From positions 6,575 through 70,574 of the forward strand of contig JBBQHD010000003.1 in assembly GCA_038323665.1 (NCBI GenBank): DNA of 64,000 nt, read 5' to 3'. Source of the stretch: Bdellovibrionales bacterium (GTDB taxonomy: Bacteria > Bdellovibrionota > Bdellovibrionia > Bdellovibrionales > Bdellovibrionaceae). Shown here in pieces: positions 58,650 to 64,000 of the stretch (the stretch's first letter is position 1; every line of letters starts with the position of its first letter). The translations under genes were made by a program, and so were the position numbers. The notes beneath the pieces were generated by a model, which did no database searches, had not been told where the DNA came from, and saw only the letters and a list, made by a program, of their open reading frames with translations.

Positions 58650-59693
58650 ATGTCTTTACAAGCCATGGAAAAAACTCTCGATCTATTGCAAATCGAGGCC
58701 GAAACCGCCTTTGCTCAGGCAAAAAATTCACAGGACCTGTATCAGCAAAAGGTGAACTACCTTGGCAAACAGGGAAAACTGACCGAAGAAATGAAAAAAA
58801 TGGCGGGCTTGGGACCTCAGGAAAAACCGCTGTTTGGTAAGAAAATCAACGAAGTAAAACAAAAACTTGAACTTGTTTATGCTGGGGTTGAATCCAGTTT
58901 AGCTGAAAATGAACTGTCCAAAAAATTAGAAACCGACAAAATCGATCTGACTTTGCCGGCTGCAGGTTCCGATATCGGCGCGCCCCATCCCGTGCAAAAA
59001 ACCATTCGCGATATGTTCGAAATCATGAGCCGCCTTGGCTACAGTTTAGAACTCGGCCCCTTGATTGAAAAAGAACAATACAATTTCGAAGCCTTAAATA
59101 TTCCTGCTGATCATCCAGCCCGCGATATGCAGGATACTTTTTTTGTCGAAGGCGCAGTCCTGCGCACCCACACCAGCCCCATTTGGGCGCGAGCCATTGA
59201 AAGAAAAGTTTTTCCCTTAAAAATTATCAGCACTGGTCCAGTCTTTCGCGTCGACAGCGATGTTTCGCATTTGCCGCATTTTCATCAATTCGAATGTGTT
59301 TATATCGGGAAAAAAGCTTCGATGGGCGATCTAAAAGGCACGATCAGTTTTTTTATGCGCGAATTTTTTGGTGCGCAGACTCAGACCCGATTTCGTCCCA
59401 GTTTTTTTCCTTTCACCGAACCCAGTGCCGAAGTCGATTGCACTTGTCCGATGTGCAAGGGCAAGGGCTGTCCAGTTTGCAAAAATTCTGGATGGATCGA
59501 AGTCGGCGGCAGTGGTTTGGTGCATCCGAATGTGTTTACCCAAGCAGGTGTTGATCCCGAAGAATGGCAGGGTTTTGCCTTTGGATTTGGGATGGAGCGA
59601 ATGGCGATGATTCGCTATGGAATTCCCGATATTCGTTTGCTGCCTGAAAATGATTTGCAGTTTTTAAAACAATTTGCGGGCGTGGGCTTATGA
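58650..59693 (+). CDS. pheS: phenylalanine--tRNA ligase alpha subunit
   Basis: Class II motifs (...[16 protein letters not shown]..., [13 protein letters not shown]). Confidence 0.95.
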   Translation: MSLQAMEKTLDLLQIEAETAFAQAKNSQDLYQQKVNYLGKQGKLTEEMKKMAGLGPQEKPLFGKKINEVKQKLELVYAGVESSLAENELSKKLETDKIDLTLPAAGSDIGAPHPVQKTIRDMFEIMSRLGYSLELGPLIEKEQYNFEALNIPADHPARDMQDTFFVEGAVLRTHTSPIWARAIERKVFPLKIISTGPVFRVDSDVSHLPHFHQFECVYIGKKASMGDLKGTISFFMREFFGAQTQTRFRPSFFPFTEPSAEVDCTCPMCKGKGCPVCKNSGWIEVGGSGLVHPNVFTQAGVDPEEWQGFAFGFGMERMAMIRYGIPDIRLLPENDLQFLKQFAGVGL

Positions 59694-62101
59694 AAATAAG
59701 TTTTCAGTGGCTGGAAGATTTTGTCGATCTGTCGCAGTTTAAAAATAAAATCGAAGATTTATCGGCGCTGTTAACTCGTGCGGGACTAGAGGTCGAAGGC
59801 ATCGAAGATCCTGCCAAAGATTTTAACCATGTTGTCGTCGGAAAAATTATCGTAAAAGGCCAGCATCCCAATTCCGATCGTTTGTCTTTGTGCCAAGTCG
59901 AGGTCGGGGACGGAGTTATTCGCTCGATTATCTGTGGAGCAACCAATCATAAATCTGGTGATAACGTAGTCGTTGCATTGCCGGGTGCTGTATTGCCAGG
60001 AAACTTTGTTATTCAGAAAGCCAAAGTGCGCGGCACTGAAAGCGAAGGCATGTTGTGTTCGGAAAAAGAATTGGGTTTCAAAGAAACTTCCGAAGGAATT
60101 TTAATTCTGCCAACCGATGCACCCATTGGAAAAGCTTTTGCACAGTATATGAAATTGGATGACTCGATTATTGAAATCAAAGTCACCCCCAATCGCGCGG
60201 ATTGTTTAAGTCATTTGGGTGTTGCGCGCGAAATTGCGGGTTTAACTGAAAAATCGATTAAAAATATTCCGCTTAAAAAAGTCAGCACAGAAAATAAACT
60301 GATTGCCGTTGAAAATACTACGGCCTGTCCCATCTACAGTGGACAAGTGATTGAAAATGTTTCGGTCAAACCATCGCCCGAATGGCTGCAGCAGCGTTTG
60401 CAAAAAGTGGGCTTGCGTTCGATCAACAATATTGTGGATGTGACCAATTATGTGATGATGGAATTGGGTCAACCCATGCATGCCTTTGATTTTGCCAAAA
60501 TTCACGACGGCAAAATCATTGTTCGTGATGCAAAACCTGGTGAAAAAATTAAATTACTGGATGATTCGACGATTGAATTAAAAGGCTCGGAACTTTTAAT
60601 CACCGATAGCAAAGGCCCACTTTGTGTGGCGGGTGTTATGGGTGGAAAAGAATCGGGTGTCAGTGATTCTACCAAAAAAATCTTTTTAGAGGCAGCCTTG
60701 TTTAGTGCGGCGTCGGTCAGAAAAACTTCGCGCATGCACGGGATTCAATCGGATTCGGCTTACCGATTCAGTCGCGGGGTTGATCCCGCAACTGTAGGGC
60801 TGGCGTTGCAACGAGCGACGCAGTTAATTTGCGAAGTATCGGGCGGCAATGCTGTGGGTAATCCGCAGTTGCTGTCCAACTGGAAATTTTCACCGAAAGA
60901 AATTGAACTTCGCTTGCCGTTGTTGCAACAAAGATCGGGCATTGAATTTACAACAGCTGAAGTAGAAAAATTTTTAAAACAGGTTCATTGCGAAGTAACT
61001 GCGAATAAGAAAGCAGAAAGTTTCAAAGTCTTTGCCCCCAGTTTCCGTCAGGATTTGGAAATGGAAATGGATTTGGTCGAAGAATGCACCCGATTAAAAG
61101 GCTACGAGCACATTCCGGAAACCGTAGCGCCCACAGAAAACTGGCCCATTGCCCACAGCGATTTATTTTTGGCAGAAAAAAAATGTTCGGCAGTTTTGCA
61201 GGGCGAAGGATTTTTCGAAGCCTTCAACTTAATTTTCACCAGTGACCAATTGCAAAAACAGCATTCAAAAATTTCTGCAGATAAATTTGTTTACTTAAAA
61301 AATCCTTTAAACAGCGAAATGAATATTTTGCGCAGTTCTTTGTTTTTTGGATTACAGCAAAATCTTTTGTCTAATTTCAGAAAGCAAAATGAACAAGGAC
61401 AGTTGTTTGAAATCGGAACGGTTTTTGAAAAACAAACAGCCAGCGATAAACAATCTGGATACAAAGAAAAACAAAACTTAGGTTTGATCAGTTGGGGTTT
61501 ATCGCAGGATTTATGGGAAAATAAAAATACTCCGCAAGTGTTTAAACTTAAAAAAGCTGTAGAAAATATTTTGCAAGCCTTTCAAATCAGTCGATTTTCC
61601 TGGGAAAAATTAGATTTTTCGGCGGATTTATCCAAGGTCTTGCATCCTCAGCAATCGGCGATGTTGAAAGTTGAAGGCCAAGTGATTGGCTTTTTGGGGT
61701 CGATGCATCCTCAGATTTTAGACAAAGAAAAAATTCGCGTGCCGGTGGCTTTTGCGGAAATGGACATTCAGGTTTTAAAAACTGCCATGGCCAGAAAACG
61801 AAAATTTGCAGTTATTTCGGCTTTTCCAAAAGTGCAAAGGGATTTCGCCTTTTTAATGCCGGTGGAAATGCCGGTCAGTGATGTCAGTCGGTTGATCGAA
61901 CAAAGTGGCAAAGATGTGATTCAAAAAGTTTCGGTGGTGGATTTATTTACCGGCGAAAGCATTGGCAAAGAATTTAAGTCCGTGGCGTTCCGAGTGATTT
62001 ATCAATCCGCAAGTAAGACCTTGGCGGATCAAGAAATTACGGAACTTCAAGGGAAGATCATTGCGCAAGTGGAACAGAAACTTAAAATTAAACTTCGTTA
62101 A
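59690..62101 (+). CDS. pheT: phenylalanine--tRNA ligase beta subunit
   Basis: 803 aa with a tRNA-binding N-domain ([25 protein letters not shown]), B3/4, B5 and FDX-ACB domains. Overlaps the pheS stop. Confidence 0.95.
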   Translation: MKISFQWLEDFVDLSQFKNKIEDLSALLTRAGLEVEGIEDPAKDFNHVVVGKIIVKGQHPNSDRLSLCQVEVGDGVIRSIICGATNHKSGDNVVVALPGAVLPGNFVIQKAKVRGTESEGMLCSEKELGFKETSEGILILPTDAPIGKAFAQYMKLDDSIIEIKVTPNRADCLSHLGVAREIAGLTEKSIKNIPLKKVSTENKLIAVENTTACPIYSGQVIENVSVKPSPEWLQQRLQKVGLRSINNIVDVTNYVMMELGQPMHAFDFAKIHDGKIIVRDAKPGEKIKLLDDSTIELKGSELLITDSKGPLCVAGVMGGKESGVSDSTKKIFLEAALFSAASVRKTSRMHGIQSDSAYRFSRGVDPATVGLALQRATQLICEVSGGNAVGNPQLLSNWKFSPKEIELRLPLLQQRSGIEFTTAEVEKFLKQVHCEVTANKKAESFKVFAPSFRQDLEMEMDLVEECTRLKGYEHIPETVAPTENWPIAHSDLFLAEKKCSAVLQGEGFFEAFNLIFTSDQLQKQHSKISADKFVYLKNPLNSEMNILRSSLFFGLQQNLLSNFRKQNEQGQLFEIGTVFEKQTASDKQSGYKEKQNLGLISWGLSQDLWENKNTPQVFKLKKAVENILQAFQISRFSWEKLDFSADLSKVLHPQQSAMLKVEGQVIGFLGSMHPQILDKEKIRVPVAFAEMDIQVLKTAMARKRKFAVISAFPKVQRDFAFLMPVEMPVSDVSRLIEQSGKDVIQKVSVVDLFTGESIGKEFKSVAFRVIYQSASKTLADQEITELQGKIIAQVEQKLKIKLR

Positions 62102-62141
62102 GGGGGCAAAGGTGCCGGGACAAAATCAAAGTTTAGAAACC

Positions 62142-62456
62142 ATGACCAAGGCGGACATCGTGACCAAGGTTTACGAACGCATTGGTTTTTCAAAAAAGGA
62201 AGCTTCCGATTTGGTGGATTTAGTTTTTAATTTATTGAAAGAAAAAATTCACAAAGGTGAAAAAGTGAAAATTTCTGGATTCGGAAATTTTTCGGTCAAA
62301 GAAAAAAAACCGCGCATCGGCCGCAATCCGCAAACGGGTGGGCAGATTACGATTGCGGCAAGACGAGTTTTAACTTTTAGACCTTCGCAAGTTTTAAAGG
62401 CATTGGTAAACGGGGAAGACATAAAAAACATCCAAGAAGGAGACGACGATGAATGA
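62142..62456 (+). CDS. ihfA: integration host factor / HU family DNA-binding protein (IHF-alpha-like)
   Basis: MTKADIVTKVYE...GFGNFSVKEKKPRIGRNPQTGGQITIAARRVLTFRPS. An alternative GTG start at 62111 is possible. Confidence 0.8.
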   Translation: MTKADIVTKVYERIGFSKKEASDLVDLVFNLLKEKIHKGEKVKISGFGNFSVKEKKPRIGRNPQTGGQITIAARRVLTFRPSQVLKALVNGEDIKNIQEGDDDE

Positions 62457-62913
62457 GCCAATTGAAATCAATTTAGAATTAAAAAAATCACAGCCTGAAA
62501 ACGAGTGGAATTTACCAGCAGCACTTTGCGACGAAGAATTAATTGCAGAAATCCAAGCGATTCCAAATCAAATGGGTTTTAAAATCGGCGATGTCGCTGA
62601 CATTCTGGGTTTGAAAACCTATGTGTTAAGATTTTGGGAAACCGAATTTGATATTCTAAAGCCTAAGAAAGCTTCTAATAATCAGCGGTTGTATACGAAA
62701 AAAGACGTCGAAAATGCCCTGATCATTCGCAAGCTTTTATACCGCGATCGATTTTCCATCGAAGGCGCCAGAAACGCCATGAAAGACCTAAGAATGCGAG
62801 TCAAAAAGGAAAAACAATTCAGCCAGATTTTCGAACGAATGGGCAATACCCATGAACAGGTTGAAAATATTCTGGAAGACGTGCGGGCCTTAAGAAAAGA
62901 GTTTGCTCCGTAA
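62449..62913 (+). CDS. MerR-family transcriptional regulator
   Basis: HTH segment FKIGDVADILGLKTYVLRFWETEF...LYTKKDV. Overlaps the ihf stop. Confidence 0.8.
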   Translation: MNEPIEINLELKKSQPENEWNLPAALCDEELIAEIQAIPNQMGFKIGDVADILGLKTYVLRFWETEFDILKPKKASNNQRLYTKKDVENALIIRKLLYRDRFSIEGARNAMKDLRMRVKKEKQFSQIFERMGNTHEQVENILEDVRALRKEFAP

Positions 62914-62965
62914 TTAAGAGTTTGATTTTTACCCCTTAAAAACCTAACTTAGTTTTTTCTAAATT

Positions 62966-63042
62966 CGGCGTGTAGCGCAGCCTGGTAGCGCACTTGCTTG
63001 GGGTGCAAGGGGTCGTGGGTTCAAATCCCGCCACGCCGACCA
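62966..63042 (+). tRNA. tRNA-Pro (anticodon GGG), CCA encoded
   Basis: Manual cloverleaf: acceptor CGGCGTG/CACGCCG, D arm GCGC-AGCCTGGTA-GCGC, anticodon arm CTTGC-TTGGGGT-GCAAG, T arm GTGGG-TTCAAAT-CCCGC, then A-CCA. Confidence 0.9.
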
Positions 63043-63281
63043 AAAATTTTCTGAAGAATTTTAAAAAATTAACATTACGTAATGATTCTAAGTGATTGAA
63101 ATTACGTAACCGGATTTCGCAATCAAGGCTTGAAACGCAAAGAAATGTTACGGCATTTCGAAAGTTTGCTCCATTTTTGCTACTTCGATGCTACTTCTGC
63201 AACGGGCATTTTATACTGCCGCGACACACCTTTGTTGAATTCCACAAAGGTGTGTCCCAATCACATTTTCACTAATACCAA

Positions 63282-63980
63282 TTAATGGCCTTCGTCTCCT
63301 ACTAAGCGCGAAGTGCCATCGAGACTAAGCAATAAATCGGTTTCATTGGCAGCATCTGCAGCCCTAAAGCTAGACATAGTGTTGAAAGTTAAACCGTATC
63401 TAATAGTGTTGGAGTCGTCTCCACGGGTTCCAACAATACGCATTGCATTTACAACATTTGGAAGAAATCGGACTGTTTTGAAATCCTTCATGCTAAATAT
63501 AAGTAATCCATCTGTCTTAGGAATCATAAGGAATTGATCACAATGTTTATTACCAGATCCGAACATTCCCTCACAGGAGTAAAGGAGATGATTCCGGTTG
63601 TCCTGATAAGGTTCGCCACGCTCATCATAAAGCGCAGTTACATTTTCTATATCTGCATGGAGATTCGGTCTGCTTACATCACGCAATTTCAGAGTTCCAG
63701 TCGCTCTTAGTAAATTAAACTGCCTATCAGGATAAAAATGCGGACTGTCACTCGTTATTAATTTTTTTTCAATTTTATCCGCTTCAAAGGAATAAAAGAA
63801 AGTGCTGGGTAATTCACTTGGAGGGTAAGATTTATAATCGGATACATCATAGTAAAAGAGTTCGCTTAGGTTACCTCGAAATTGACCTTTGGGAGGATTG
63901 GCTAAGCCAACATGCCCCCAACTGCCCTTGATCACATATTCAGTTTCAGGGTTGTCGAAGTTGTCGCTATCAAAAGTCAT
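63282..63980 (-). CDS. hypothetical protein (232 aa)
   Basis: Long ORF downstream of the tRNA gene. No family recognised. Confidence 0.4.
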   Translation of the reverse strand: MTFDSDNFDNPETEYVIKGSWGHVGLANPPKGQFRGNLSELFYYDVSDYKSYPPSELPSTFFYSFEADKIEKKLITSDSPHFYPDRQFNLLRATGTLKLRDVSRPNLHADIENVTALYDERGEPYQDNRNHLLYSCEGMFGSGNKHCDQFLMIPKTDGLLIFSMKDFKTVRFLPNVVNAMRIVGTRGDDSNTIRYGLTFNTMSSFRAADAANETDLLLSLDGTSRLVGDEGH

Positions 63981-64000
63981 TTGCGACTTTATTTTGCCCG

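Overview
This is a 64-kb chromosomal window from an AT-leaning bacterium. Gene content (T2SS, mevalonate pathway, alternative complex III) suggests a Bdellovibrio-like organism, but that is inference only.

Backbone genes:
- The 3' end of a RelA/SpoT gene, then several small secreted proteins and ssb.
- A complete type II secretion cluster on the minus strand, gspCDEFG and gspHIJKLMN (11.6-27.2 kb).
- System II cytochrome c maturation genes (ccsB, ccsA), followed by an alternative complex III operon actABCDEF (37.4-44.6 kb).
- thrS-infC-rpmI-rplT.
- A five-gene mevalonate operon (50.2-55.2 kb).
- rsmG, a SpoU-type methyltransferase, pheST, an IHF/HU gene, a MerR regulator and tRNA-Pro(GGG).

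Accessory or unusual content:
1. Three copies of a long-hairpin element (4.7, 27.4, 44.8 kb) that I do not recognise. Each has a 90-nt conserved, structured core. Its inverted arms are 60-90 bp, perfect or nearly so, and share no sequence between copies. The cores differ by compensatory substitutions. This is the strongest candidate for something new.
2. A multicopy HNH-endonuclease (DUF222-like) gene family with a conserved ~240-bp leader. There is one intact copy, one frameshifted, one with an in-frame stop, and one or two 3' fragments. Copies sit in tandem or interrupt otherwise conserved operons (gsp, ccsB/ccsA).
3. A GHKL-ATPase plus STAS-like (DUF4325-type) two-gene cassette bracketed by 34-bp perfect direct repeats. 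It lies next to an AAA+/DUF4143 ATPase and an orphan gene fragment.
4. A solitary Y1 HUH (IS200/RAYT-like) transposase.
5. A clear CarF/PEDS1 (TMEM189) plasmanylethanolamine-desaturase homologue.

I saw no CRISPR array, rRNA gene, integrase or prophage structural genes. Most other ORFs in the six-frame track are antisense or shadow ORFs inside the genes listed.
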